A stretch of DNA of 64,000 bases from an uncultured Synergistaceae bacterium (GCA_964522805.1 CAZFWP010000001.1:4474-68473), one strand, 5' to 3'. Counted from the first letter of the stretch, positions 35,154 to 44,598 are shown. Made by a program: numbers and translations. The notes: a model not told the origin generated them from the letters alone.

Positions 35154-35256
35154 AAAAAAGCGGAGCGAGAACGCGTTCTTTAAATTTTTCACTGCAATAA
35201 AGCAGGCAAGGTGCCTCTTAACGCAGAGAAACTTATGGCGAACGCATCTCGCTCCG
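35154..35256 (-). terminator. Long composite stem-loop plus U-tract downstream of the aminotransferase gene
   Basis: Minus strand: CGGAGCGAGA-t-GCGTTC pairs with GAACGC-gt-TCTCGCTCCG (35240-35256 with 35161-35178). About 60 nt lie in between with small internal hairpins, followed by CTTTTTTATG. Confidence 0.5.
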
Positions 35257-35295
35257 GACAAATTCCAGCAAATAACCGGTTAAATACTTAAATGA

Positions 35296-36381
35296 TTATT
35301 TTTTCTTCAGGACAGATTCCAAGACGTCCATGCCTTTTTTTACCAGAGCCATGTCGGCCTGACTGCCCATGTGCCCGATGCGGAAAACTTTGCCTGCCAG
35401 AGCACCATAGCTTCCGCCTACGCCAAGCCCCTCTTCTCTTAGTGCCTTGTCCAGCTCTTCCCACGTCCATCCGTGAGGGACTTTGATCGCCGTCACTGTT
35501 GGTGATGCCAGCTCCGCCTTGCGGGCGTAAAGTTCAAGCCCCATGGCTGCCGCACGGGCGCGGCAGTAAGATGCGGCCTCCTCGTGTCTGCGGTATGAGT
35601 TTTCCAGACCTTCGGATAATATCGATTTTAGGGCGATATTGAGAGCCGCATTGGCATGCCAGTTGTGGGTGCAGGGCATGAAGCCCTTCTTTGTCACCTC
35701 ACGCCATGGCAGCATCGCATCATAGCCAAAGTAGCCTACCCGCTCCGCCGCTTTCCACGCCCTCTCACTGACAGTGAGTATAGAAAGGTCAGGCAACAGA
35801 GAGAGGCACTTCTGGCTTCCCAGCAGTCCCAAGTCAATTCCCCACTCGTCCACCTTTACATCTGCCCCCACCGCACTGGCGACAAAATCCACACAGAATA
35901 GTGCGCCGCTCTCTTTCACTATGAGAGCGACATCGGCAATGGGATTCAAAAGTCCGCTTGGTGTTTCACAGTGAACCGCCGTTACCATGTAGGGTTTAAA
36001 AGAGGATATTTGTGCGCGCAGCTCTTCTAAGCTAACAAACTCGCCGTCTGCCGCTTCGAGAATTTTGACTTCTGCGCCCAGCGTTTCCGCCATCTCGCCA
36101 AACCCTCTGCCAAAGATTCCGTTTGAAAGTACCAGCACACGGTCGTTGGCCTTGACGGTACTTTTCAGTGCCCCCCAGAGAATCAGCATCGCCTCTCCTG
36201 ATTGAATGGTAACTTCGTTTTTGGTTTTTAAAATTTGCTGTAGAAGCTCCTGGTTTTCCCCAAGCAGAGCATAGAAATCCTTTTCGAGATCGGAGCTTCC
36301 GTAATCAGTGAGGTAGGCTTCACGATATTTGCGCGGAACAGATACTGGCCCCGGAACAAGAGGAATTTTGTATGTTTGCAT
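35296..36381 (-). CDS. Class V pyridoxal-phosphate aminotransferase (serine/alanine-glyoxylate aminotransferase family)
   Basis: 361 aa. Fold-type I class V layout with the PLP lysine in GSQKCL. Confidence 0.8.
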   Translation of the reverse strand: MQTYKIPLVPGPVSVPRKYREAYLTDYGSSDLEKDFYALLGENQELLQQILKTKNEVTIQSGEAMLILWGALKSTVKANDRVLVLSNGIFGRGFGEMAETLGAEVKILEAADGEFVSLEELRAQISSFKPYMVTAVHCETPSGLLNPIADVALIVKESGALFCVDFVASAVGADVKVDEWGIDLGLLGSQKCLSLLPDLSILTVSERAWKAAERVGYFGYDAMLPWREVTKKGFMPCTHNWHANAALNIALKSILSEGLENSYRRHEEAASYCRARAAAMGLELYARKAELASPTVTAIKVPHGWTWEELDKALREEGLGVGGSYGALAGKVFRIGHMGSQADMALVKKGMDVLESVLKKK

Positions 36382-36419
36382 AGTTACTGACTCCCTTCCT
36401 GTAATTAATAAAAGTTAAT

Positions 36420-36447
36420 AAAAAAGCGCCGGACATGTTTGTCCGAC
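36420..36447 (-). terminator. Intrinsic terminator after rpsU-yqeY
   Basis: Minus strand reads GTCGGACA-aaca-TGTCCGGC followed by GCTTTTTTATT. Confidence 0.6.
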
Positions 36448-36478
36448 ACTTTTTATCACAATTAACAGGATGTGCGAA

Positions 36479-36940
36479 TTAAGATAAGGAGGAAAGGTAC
36501 TTCTGGACTTCCGCCTTAACTCTGTTACCGTCCGCCTGACCCTTAGCAGCAGCAATTACCTTGCCCATCATCTTACCCATATCTTTGGGTCCTGAAGCGC
36601 CGATTTGAGAAGCAATTTCAGCCACAATCTTCGCCAGGTCTTCATCAGAAAGCTGGGCGGGCTGGTAAACTTCTAGAATTTTAGCTTCAGCAAGCTCTGA
36701 ATCTGCTCTGTCAGCAACGCCGCCGGCCTTGTACATTTCAGCGGCCTCAATGCGCTGCTTAATGAGTCTGCGCACAAGAACAAGCACATCATCGTCAGTC
36801 AGAGGGGTATCTTTGCCCTTTTCAATCTGAGCGAGCTGGATAGCAGACTTCAACATGCGTAGCACAGAAAGCTTAAGCTCATCTCTGCTTTTCATCGCTG
36901 CAATCATATCGTTTTGAATCTGTGTCACAAGGTTAGACAT
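36479..36940 (-). CDS. yqeY: GatB/YqeY domain protein
   Basis: 153 aa. LVTQIQNDMIAAMKSRDELKLSVLRMLKSAI is the typical YqeY start. Immediately downstream of rpsU, as in Firmicutes. Confidence 0.85.
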   Translation of the reverse strand: MSNLVTQIQNDMIAAMKSRDELKLSVLRMLKSAIQLAQIEKGKDTPLTDDDVLVLVRRLIKQRIEAAEMYKAGGVADRADSELAEAKILEVYQPAQLSDEDLAKIVAEIASQIGASGPKDMGKMMGKVIAAAKGQADGNRVKAEVQKYLSSLS

Positions 36941-36942
36941 GA

Positions 36943-37131
36943 CTAATAATCAGCCCTCCTGCCCTTGTTTCGGGCCATTTCGGCCTTCTTACGTTTCTTG
37001 ATTTCGCTGGGTTTCTCGTAATGTTCATGCTTCTTAGCTTCACGAAGCACGCCCACCTTACGAAGCTCACGCTTAAAACGTTTCAGCGCGTCTTCGATCG
37101 ACTCGTTATCGCGTCTGGTTACGGTGGTCAT
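36943..37131 (-). CDS. rpsU: 30S ribosomal protein S21
   Basis: 62 aa, basic. ...ESIEDALKRFKRE...REAKKHEHYEKPSEIKKRKK. Confidence 0.95.
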   Translation of the reverse strand: MTTVTRRDNESIEDALKRFKRELRKVGVLREAKKHEHYEKPSEIKKRKKAEMARNKGRRADY

Positions 37132-37171
37132 CTACATTCCCCCCTTTCTCAGCCACTTACAAAACAATAAT

Positions 37172-37232
37172 AAAAAAATGTGCAAGCGGGGATAAACACC
37201 AAGACATTGTATCCTACAATCCCCTTCGGCAC
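37172..37232 (-). other. Terminator-like stem-loop plus U7. Either the terminator of the upstream helicase gene or an attenuator in the rpsU leader.
   Basis: Minus strand: GTGCCGAAGGGGAT (37232..37219), 25-nt loop, ATCCCCGCTTGCAC (37193..37180), then A-TTTTTTT. It ends 40 nt before the rpsU ATG. Confidence 0.5.
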
Positions 37233-37369
37233 AAGCACCAAATAACAATTTTTATGAAAACAAATTATAGAAATATTAGCAAAAGCAATTTTTGCTAAAC
37301 CGCATTACCTTTTGCCGTACTGATTTGCCGATTTATGCGAAAAATAGTAAGCTCTTTGGCAAAAGTCCT

Positions 37370-40300
37370 TTAGCCGGCGGCGAGTTTGTTGGTTCTTTTA
37401 AGATATTTCGCCGGGATGGGATAGTCCAGCTTCCAAGTGACATTCATCGGCTTGCTGCCCTCATGTTTTAGGTATTCCACAGGGCCAAGATAGGTGTATG
37501 GAGCCGTGCCGGAGATATCTTTTCTGTATTCTCTGACAAAGAGCAGCACCTTGCCGCCGGTGATTCGCTGGTTTATATACCTCTCCCCCGTCGCCGAATT
37601 CTCTGAGGTTAGGCTCTGGCTCTGCCAATGGAACAGCTCCGCATTGATGGAGTAGTCGTCATACATCGTGGTCGGAGAATAATCTTTTTCCGACTTATTC
37701 AGAGTTACCCAAAGCAGATCAGTTTTTTTCTGCGGCAGATATTTGACTCCTTCACGTACACTTGCAGGGTTAAGATGATCCATGGCTATCAGTATCTGGT
37801 TCTTTGTGTAGGAACAGTGTAGTTCCAGCGGACATTCGTAGCCTAGGTTAGCGTCCTCGCCGACAACATCAATATTATCATCGTTATAACGCAGCAGAGC
37901 CAATGTCTCTTGAAGCATCACGGGAGAGTTCATCAATTCATCCAGTATATCACCGATTTTTTCATAACTGCGCGGCACCGCTTCTGCGGGGAGAAGCGTG
38001 TGGTAGAACATTTGCAGCATCTTTTTTTCGTTTTCGGGGAGCGTACTAAAATCAACGGGCGCTCCTTCCAAAAGATGCGTGATAAATGTCAGCCATTTGT
38101 GAGAGTTGATTGCGCATAAGCGCGGGAAAGCTTTAGTCATCATCATCTCCGCCGGCTCGCAGTAATCGGCAGTCAAACCTGCTCTGACACACAGGCGCGA
38201 AAAGCTGTTTTCCCGCAGATAGATGGTTCGCACGTCCAAATGGTAGTAATTGGTAAAATTGGTGATTGTCAGCGGCAGTCCGCTCTCATCAGCAAAAGAA
38301 CGCAGTCTCTCTATCAGCCCAGCGGTGGAATTGAAGGACTGCTTGATATTTTCCAAGATATACTCTGCGGCCTTCCGTTCCAATTGTATGTAACAACCCT
38401 TGGGAAGCGAGACAAATCCCTCTTTTATCTCTTTGCGGACACTGAGATCTGTACGCGCAAGCAGTGCGGAGAATTTATCCTCAAAATTATATTTATGGTT
38501 GGCATGCCCAATAAAGTCAAGTACAGTGAGGCATTCTTTGTTTTCACAACGACGCAGCCCACGCCCAAGCTGCTGCAAAAAGACGGTTAAACTCTCAGTC
38601 GGACGCAGAAAGAGGACTGTGTTTATCTCGGGGATATCAATTCCCTCATTGTAGAGGTCAACGACAAAGATAAAACGGTATCTGCCGCAGACAAGGTCTC
38701 TCTTGGCTTCTTCTCTCACTGAATCAGAAGTGTCTCCATGCAAGGCTGCAGAGGTAATGCCCTGTTTATTGAAGAAATCCGCCATAAATTGCGCATGTTT
38801 GACGGAGACACAAAAACCCAGTCCCTTAACCTCGTTAATATCGGTAACGTATTTATTGACCGCGGCAATAATATCAGCGGCGCGTCTGTCGGCGATTACG
38901 CCTTGCAGTGAGTAAAGGTTTGAGAGCTCCGTTTTATCATAACCGCCCCTCACCCAGCGCAGCGCGCTTAGGTCAGCCTCGTCAGAAACGCCGAAATATT
39001 GAAAGGGCGAGAGCAGTTTACGTTCAATCGCTTCGGGCAGGCGAATCTCCGCAGCTATTCTATTATCAAAATACTCAAGCACACTTCGCCCATCCATTCT
39101 TTCCGGAGTGGCAGTAAGTCCCAAAAGTATTTGCGGACGGTAATATTGCAGCAGTTTTTGGTATGTCGGCGCAGCCGCATGGTGAAATTCGTCTACGATG
39201 ATAAAATCATAATAATCCTCAGAGGTTAGGGAGGTCATATCCACAGAGTTAAAGCTTTGTATGGACATAAAGAGATGTTCAATACTGTCAGGTTTGTGGT
39301 TTCCCACATATAGCTGTCCAAAGTTAGCGTCTTTCAGAACCCCGCGGAAGCAGCACACGCTTTGCGTCAATATTTCTTCCCTGTGGGCGATAAAGAGCAG
39401 CCTGCATGGGCTGAGAGGGTTTTCTTTGACATAACGTTTGTAGTCAAAAGCGGAGATAACTGTTTTTCCCGTCCCCGTGGCGGCGACGATTAAATTACGC
39501 ATGCGTTTGTGTATTCTGCGCTCCGCGGCGATTTCTTCAAGGATTTCCTGCTGGTAGGAATATGGCTCGATATCAAAACCATATGAAGAAAAACTTAAGA
39601 GGCCAACGTTTTTTTCAGCGTTCAAAGCCTTCTCAAGTTTTGCTCTGTCCGCACTGCGGTATAGCGTGAAGTCAGGGGAATTCCAGTAGCTGTCGAAGGT
39701 CGCAGCGATTTTTCTAATCGTTTGCGGCATATCTTTTTGGGTGACTTTTAAGTTCCACTCCAAACCGCTGGACATCGCCGCATTTGAAAGATTCGACGAG
39801 CCAATGTAGGCGGTCGTAAAACCGCTCTCGCGCGCAAACATGTAGGCTTTGGCGTGAAGGCGTGTGACGGTTGTGTCATAGGAAAGCATTATTTCTGTAT
39901 TGGGGAGAGCCGCCAGCTCTTCCACGGCTTTTACATCTGTCGCCCCCATATAGGAGGTTGTAATCACCCGCAAACGTCCGCCGCGTGCGGTAAATTCACG
40001 CAGCTCGCTGATTATCAGTCTCAAACCGCTCCATTTAATGAAGGAGACCAGCATATCAATATTATCACAGGAAACGATCTCTTTCTTTAGCTCCGTAAAC
40101 ATCTGCGGTTCATTGACAGAACCGGTGAAAAGCGAACTCTCCGCCAAGGAGGTCTGCGGACGCGGTATCGGCGCGTCGGGACGAAGAGCATAGATGCTGT
40201 TCCTCATATTGATGAAGGCTAAGAGTTCTTCCGCACTTTCATCTACTGCCATCTCGGAAAAATCTTCTCCTACAGCTTCCGCCGTAACCGCCTCAACAAT

Positions 40301-40531
40301 TTTGTTGACAAAGGCGACACGCTCATGGAGAGTTTTCGTCTCGTCTTCACACTCAACATAAGTGAGAGCCTTATACACTACCTCTGAGAGGTATTTTGCT
40401 AATATCACCGCTGATTCGGCCGCATCTATTTTTACGGTGCGCACAATCTTGTCCGCCGCAGCGTCCAGCTCTTTGCGAAGCACCTTATTAATTATCTGCT
40501 CGTATAGACCGCTTTTGAGAGTCACTCCCAC
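37370..40531 (-). CDS. PLD-family nuclease domain + SF2 (ResIII/DEAH) helicase + C-terminal DUF3427 fusion protein
   Basis: 1053 aa. PLD motif RLHAKAYMF...YIGSSNLSN. Helicase motif I VAATGTGKT, motif II VDEFHH, and a helicase C-domain (TVFLQQLGRGLR). The C-terminal 250 aa carry NKSEKDYSPTTMYDDY...FHWQSQS...LLFVRE, which I recognise as DUF3427. Confidence 0.85.
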   Translation of the reverse strand: MGVTLKSGLYEQIINKVLRKELDAAADKIVRTVKIDAAESAVILAKYLSEVVYKALTYVECEDETKTLHERVAFVNKIVEAVTAEAVGEDFSEMAVDESAEELLAFINMRNSIYALRPDAPIPRPQTSLAESSLFTGSVNEPQMFTELKKEIVSCDNIDMLVSFIKWSGLRLIISELREFTARGGRLRVITTSYMGATDVKAVEELAALPNTEIMLSYDTTVTRLHAKAYMFARESGFTTAYIGSSNLSNAAMSSGLEWNLKVTQKDMPQTIRKIAATFDSYWNSPDFTLYRSADRAKLEKALNAEKNVGLLSFSSYGFDIEPYSYQQEILEEIAAERRIHKRMRNLIVAATGTGKTVISAFDYKRYVKENPLSPCRLLFIAHREEILTQSVCCFRGVLKDANFGQLYVGNHKPDSIEHLFMSIQSFNSVDMTSLTSEDYYDFIIVDEFHHAAAPTYQKLLQYYRPQILLGLTATPERMDGRSVLEYFDNRIAAEIRLPEAIERKLLSPFQYFGVSDEADLSALRWVRGGYDKTELSNLYSLQGVIADRRAADIIAAVNKYVTDINEVKGLGFCVSVKHAQFMADFFNKQGITSAALHGDTSDSVREEAKRDLVCGRYRFIFVVDLYNEGIDIPEINTVLFLRPTESLTVFLQQLGRGLRRCENKECLTVLDFIGHANHKYNFEDKFSALLARTDLSVRKEIKEGFVSLPKGCYIQLERKAAEYILENIKQSFNSTAGLIERLRSFADESGLPLTITNFTNYYHLDVRTIYLRENSFSRLCVRAGLTADYCEPAEMMMTKAFPRLCAINSHKWLTFITHLLEGAPVDFSTLPENEKKMLQMFYHTLLPAEAVPRSYEKIGDILDELMNSPVMLQETLALLRYNDDNIDVVGEDANLGYECPLELHCSYTKNQILIAMDHLNPASVREGVKYLPQKKTDLLWVTLNKSEKDYSPTTMYDDYSINAELFHWQSQSLTSENSATGERYINQRITGGKVLLFVREYRKDISGTAPYTYLGPVEYLKHEGSKPMNVTWKLDYPIPAKYLKRTNKLAAG

Positions 40532-40791
40532 GCCGCCGCCTCCAGACTGTTATCCGATACGCCAGTATCAGTGAATGTATGAACATATTTAATCAGCAGA
40601 GCCCGCCCTCCGCAAAAGCACTGTACAGCATTAAACACAGCACAGCAGAATTATAAAAAAAGCAGTTTAATCTTTTTGCTTGAGTGGTAACGCGCGGTAT
40701 CTTTGATGAAAGCTCCAACACTGTAATAAATATTGCGCCGATAAAATATCTTCCCTTTATCCGAATAAGTAACGACAGCAAACTCTTTTTG

Positions 40792-42126
40792 CTATATTAC
40801 ATTGCCAAAATCATTATCATCATCTAAGTCAGCAACACCATCGCAAGTTAGAATACCATTATAGTATCTCTGCGGGTATACAGTCGTCAAAGAGGCTGGC
40901 ATCGTGCCGTCATCTTTAGCTGACACCCTGACATAGTGGGGAGTTAGCCCTCTGATGACTCCGCCGTTACGCTCTTCCACCAGTATTTCCGATTCCGTAT
41001 TAATCCAGCGCAGGCAATACCGACGATGAAGCTCTTCCGCGGCTGCTAAAGCCTCTGCCACCCTCTCGTGCACCGTATTTTCCGGCGGCAGCGTCATCTT
41101 CGCGGCATCAGTTCCCTCCCTCGGAGAGTAGGGGAAGACATGTACCTTGCCAAAGGCGGTCTCTTTGATAAAGTCCATACTGTTTTTAAAAGCAGCGTCA
41201 TCTTCTCCGGGAAATCCAACCATTAGGTCTGTGCTGATGTGCAAATCATCTCCGAGATGCTTTCTGGCGCGATCTGCCATTTTTTTAAATCCGGCGCTGT
41301 CGTAGCCACGTCTCATTAAATTCAAAACTCCATCATCGCCGCTTTGAAGCGGCATGTGAAGGTGTCTGCAAAATGCCGGAATCTCCGCCAAAGCTTCAAG
41401 CAAAGCATCGTTTACGGCAAAGGGCTCTATCGAGCCAAAGCGCAGCCTACGCAAACCTTTTATTGAGCCAATAAGGCGCACTAATCGTGGCAGGTTGTCG
41501 TACAGACCTATGTGTACACCGGTAAGGACAATTTCCGGACAACCGGATGCGACAATTCTTTCCGCTTCTTTTACCGTTTCGCCAAGGTCTCGGGAGACTG
41601 GGTTGCCCCTCACATAGGGAACTATGCAGTAGCTGCAGTAATGGTTACAGCCGTCCTGAACTTTGAGAAAAGCTCTTGTGTGCAGACGCGGACGGTCTAG
41701 GGTTAAACTGTCCCATGATGGCTCTGCGAGGATGTCCTCAGGCAGCAGCACCGAAAAGGCGTCGGCTTTGCTGTTTTGCAAATATTCGTGAGCAAGCTGC
41801 GGGATAAGGTGCTTGAGCCTATTGCCGACGACAATATCCAATCCCAGAGCGCATCTCTCTTCTTCGTTAATTTTTTGAGCATAGCAGCCGCAGGCTATTA
41901 TTAAAGATTCAGGGCGCTCTCGTCTGATTCTGCGAATGAGTTTACGGCACTTGCGGTCAGCTTGAGCTGTAATTGTACAGGAGACAATGACGGTTATGTC
42001 CGCGGATTTCTCGTCATAAACGGCTCCCGCCGCTTCCAATGCAGCAGCAATCGCCTCTCCCTCATACTGGTTGGTACGGCAGCCCTGTATAATTATTGAA
42101 AATGTTTTATCTGCTAATATTCCCAT
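40792..42126 (-). CDS. mtaB: tRNA (N6-threonylcarbamoyladenosine) methylthiotransferase MtaB
   Basis: N-terminal MTTase domain (GCRTNQYEGE), radical SAM CNHYCSYCIVP, C-terminal TRAM-like region. Start chosen at the Met of MGILADK. Confidence 0.85.
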   Translation of the reverse strand: MGILADKTFSIIIQGCRTNQYEGEAIAAALEAAGAVYDEKSADITVIVSCTITAQADRKCRKLIRRIRRERPESLIIACGCYAQKINEEERCALGLDIVVGNRLKHLIPQLAHEYLQNSKADAFSVLLPEDILAEPSWDSLTLDRPRLHTRAFLKVQDGCNHYCSYCIVPYVRGNPVSRDLGETVKEAERIVASGCPEIVLTGVHIGLYDNLPRLVRLIGSIKGLRRLRFGSIEPFAVNDALLEALAEIPAFCRHLHMPLQSGDDGVLNLMRRGYDSAGFKKMADRARKHLGDDLHISTDLMVGFPGEDDAAFKNSMDFIKETAFGKVHVFPYSPREGTDAAKMTLPPENTVHERVAEALAAAEELHRRYCLRWINTESEILVEERNGGVIRGLTPHYVRVSAKDDGTMPASLTTVYPQRYYNGILTCDGVADLDDDNDFGNVI

Positions 42127-42127
42127 T

Positions 42128-42853
42128 TTAAATTCCGTTCTCCGATACATTGAGTGCGAACCATGAACATGCGGCTGCTACAGCGGTACTGGCACGGAGG
42201 ATTCTTTTGCCTAGACTCACAGGGATAAAATCTTTATCCAAAAGAAGTCTACTCTCTTCCGATGTCCAGTCCCCTTCAGGTCCTATGGCGACAGACAGTT
42301 TATCCGTTTCCCGCAAAGATTTGAGGGGCAGTGCGGACGGTGCGAGCAGCGCCGCATATTTAACCCGCGGCAGAGAATTAAAGTTAAATTTGCTAAGGGT
42401 GCAGGGTGCAGTCAAATACGGCGGGCGAGCTGAGCCGGCCTGCTTAGTGGCCTCATCCAAAATTTTGCGCCAGCGAACCATTTTTTCATCAAGTTTTTTG
42501 CCCTCGTAACGAGGAACAGAACGCTCACAAGCAAGCAAGTGAATGGTATGCACACCGATTTCCGCCGAAAAACGCAGCGCATCGTCAAACTGTTCATTTT
42601 TCAGCAGGGCCAGCAAGAGGTGTATTTCAGGCACCATCAGCGGCTCCCGCTCACGAGAGACCTCCTCGGCAAGAAATGCGTCCCCTTCACAAAGCAGCTT
42701 CAGCTCCAACCGCTCTCCATTAAGCAGCCCTTCTACTAAAGAGCCGCTGCAGCAGCGGCGCACCCGTACAAGATGGTGCGCCTGCTCAGCATCTATCAGC
42801 CACTTATTATCTGATTTAACGCAGCTCTCAAGCCGAAGTCTTGGCAGCGACAC
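42128..42853 (-). CDS. rsmE: 16S rRNA (uracil1498-N3)-methyltransferase RsmE
   Basis: 241 aa. HHLVRVRR PUA-like N-terminus and C-terminal IGPEGDWT...ESRL...LGKRILRASTA SPOUT motif. Confidence 0.85.
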   Translation of the reverse strand: MSLPRLRLESCVKSDNKWLIDAEQAHHLVRVRRCCSGSLVEGLLNGERLELKLLCEGDAFLAEEVSREREPLMVPEIHLLLALLKNEQFDDALRFSAEIGVHTIHLLACERSVPRYEGKKLDEKMVRWRKILDEATKQAGSARPPYLTAPCTLSKFNFNSLPRVKYAALLAPSALPLKSLRETDKLSVAIGPEGDWTSEESRLLLDKDFIPVSLGKRILRASTAVAAACSWFALNVSENGI

Positions 42854-43700
42854 CCCACCATTCTCCCTTCACAAGCTCTTTTACGACAACCATTTTGGCG
42901 GCGGAGAGAGCTTCAAGGAAGATTGAACGTTCCTTTTCCAGCATTCCGGAAAATATTCCCAGCCCCTTGGAACCAATCACCGCGGGAACATCCGCGACCA
43001 TCGAAGAGAGCGGGTCTATAAGGATATTAGCCGTCAGAATATCCGCAGTATGGCCAAAATCCTTAAGCAAATCTCCCGTGCGCAAGTCAATCTTTCCCAA
43101 GTCCAGATCGTTCAGCTCAAAATTTTTGCGGACTTCTTCAATTACAGTTGGGTCGATATCGCGGGCATAAGCCTTCTCCGCCCCCATCTTGAGAGAGCAT
43201 ATTGTCAATATACCTGACCCTGTGCCAATATCGGCAGTTGTCATTCCAGGGCGGATAAACTCTTCAAGAAGTTCAAGCACTATCTGAGTACTCTCGTGAT
43301 AACCTGTACCAAAAGCACTGCCAGGGTTAATATAGAGGGGCATTCTATCCTTTGGCTCTGTGCCTCTGTGCCAAGGAGCCAGCACTACCAAGCCTTTGCC
43401 CACAGGAAGCGGAGGAAAGGCCTCTTCAGCAGCCACATTCCAGGGCTGGTTCTCAATTTTCCCGAAATCTTCTATACAGACTGAAGACCATTCTTTCATC
43501 GCTTCAAGCAGAGACTTTTTCCAAAAGGACAGGTCTTCATTGCTTCTGTAGTACATCCTCAGACGCGCACCGCCTGTGGGAAGCTCTTGGAGTTCTGTGC
43601 CGATGCTCCCAGTTATGTCAGCCAGCGAGAATAGAGTGTCGTCCTCTCCTGTGTTAGCTGAAATGGTAATGTACCACCAATAGCTATCATTTGTGTTCAT
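42828..43700 (-). CDS. prmA: Ribosomal protein L11 methyltransferase PrmA
   Basis: 290 aa. FGTGYHESTQ and DIGTGSGIL SAM-binding motifs. Confidence 0.9.
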   Translation of the reverse strand: MNTNDSYWWYITISANTGEDDTLFSLADITGSIGTELQELPTGGARLRMYYRSNEDLSFWKKSLLEAMKEWSSVCIEDFGKIENQPWNVAAEEAFPPLPVGKGLVVLAPWHRGTEPKDRMPLYINPGSAFGTGYHESTQIVLELLEEFIRPGMTTADIGTGSGILTICSLKMGAEKAYARDIDPTVIEEVRKNFELNDLDLGKIDLRTGDLLKDFGHTADILTANILIDPLSSMVADVPAVIGSKGLGIFSGMLEKERSIFLEALSAAKMVVVKELVKGEWWGVAAKTSA

Positions 43701-43809
43701 AAGCTCAGCTCCTTTGCTGATGTCGCAATTAGTTTATTGTAACCCATAAATTAAAGGAGCGCACCGTAATCTTCTGTGTCATTCGTATTAAAATAAGTTT
43801 TTATTACAA

Positions 43810-43843
43810 CAAAGTCCCCTCCGCATCAGCAGAGGGGACTTTG
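43810..43843. terminator. Strong hairpin after Liv operon 2
   Basis: CAAAGTCCCCTC (43810-43821), 10-nt loop, GAGGGGACTTTG (43832-43843). Perfect 12-bp stem with T-rich sequence on both sides. Confidence 0.7.
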
Positions 43844-43863
43844 TTTAATACATGTATATGATT

Positions 43864-44595
43864 TTATTTCTTTTTACCGCCAAGATATGCAGCTTCAATC
43901 TCCGGATTCTTAAGCAAATCGGGGGAGTTGCCTTCCATGGTAATCTTACCGGTTTGGAGAACATAGGCGCGGTGAGAGAGCAGCAGCGCCTTGCGGGCGT
44001 TCTGCTCGACAATAAGAATCGTCATTCCGAGGAGCTTATTAACCTCTGTCAGTTCTTTAAAAATTTCGTTAATAATGATCGGTGCCAGACCCAAAGAAGG
44101 TTCGTCAAGCAAAAGAACCCTCGGCTGAGCCATCAGCGCGCGTCCTATTGCCAACATCTGCTGTTCACCGCCGGAGAGAGTCCCTGCATATTGATTGTGA
44201 CGTTCTTTGAGGCGGGGGAAAAGGTGGTAAACCTTTTCAAGCTGCTCAGCGATAGCACTTCTGTCTTCCAGAGGAAAAGCACCCATTTCAAGGTTTTCGT
44301 ATACAGTTAGAGGAGCAAAGACCTTTCTTCCTTCAGGAGAAAGACTGACCCCTGCTTTAACTATCTGATAACTCTTGGTGGGCAGAGGTATACCGTCAAG
44401 GAGAACCTCTCCACCTGCGCGGGGAACAGCACCAACGATAGCACTCATCATCGTGGACTTACCGGCGCCGTTAGCACCGATAACCGCAACTATCTCTCCG
44501 GTATAGACGTCAAGGTCAGCACCCTTCAAAGCCTGGATGGCTCCGTAGTTTACTGTCAGGTTCTTAATAGAGAGGATAGGTTTTCTCTCTTCCAT
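43864..44595 (-). CDS. livF: Branched-chain amino acid ABC transporter ATP-binding protein (LivF type), operon 2
   Basis: GANGAGKST, LSGGEQQML, LLLDEPSLGLAP. Confidence 0.85.
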   Translation of the reverse strand: MEERKPILSIKNLTVNYGAIQALKGADLDVYTGEIVAVIGANGAGKSTMMSAIVGAVPRAGGEVLLDGIPLPTKSYQIVKAGVSLSPEGRKVFAPLTVYENLEMGAFPLEDRSAIAEQLEKVYHLFPRLKERHNQYAGTLSGGEQQMLAIGRALMAQPRVLLLDEPSLGLAPIIINEIFKELTEVNKLLGMTILIVEQNARKALLLSHRAYVLQTGKITMEGNSPDLLKNPEIEAAYLGGKKK

Positions 44596-44598
44596 AGC

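Noticed and set aside
40593-40781. 62-aa minus-strand ORF between mtaB and the helicase gene
   Set aside because: No SD, no recognisable family, and it spans weak terminator-like hairpins. It is probably non-coding spacer, though I cannot fully exclude a small hydrophobic peptide.
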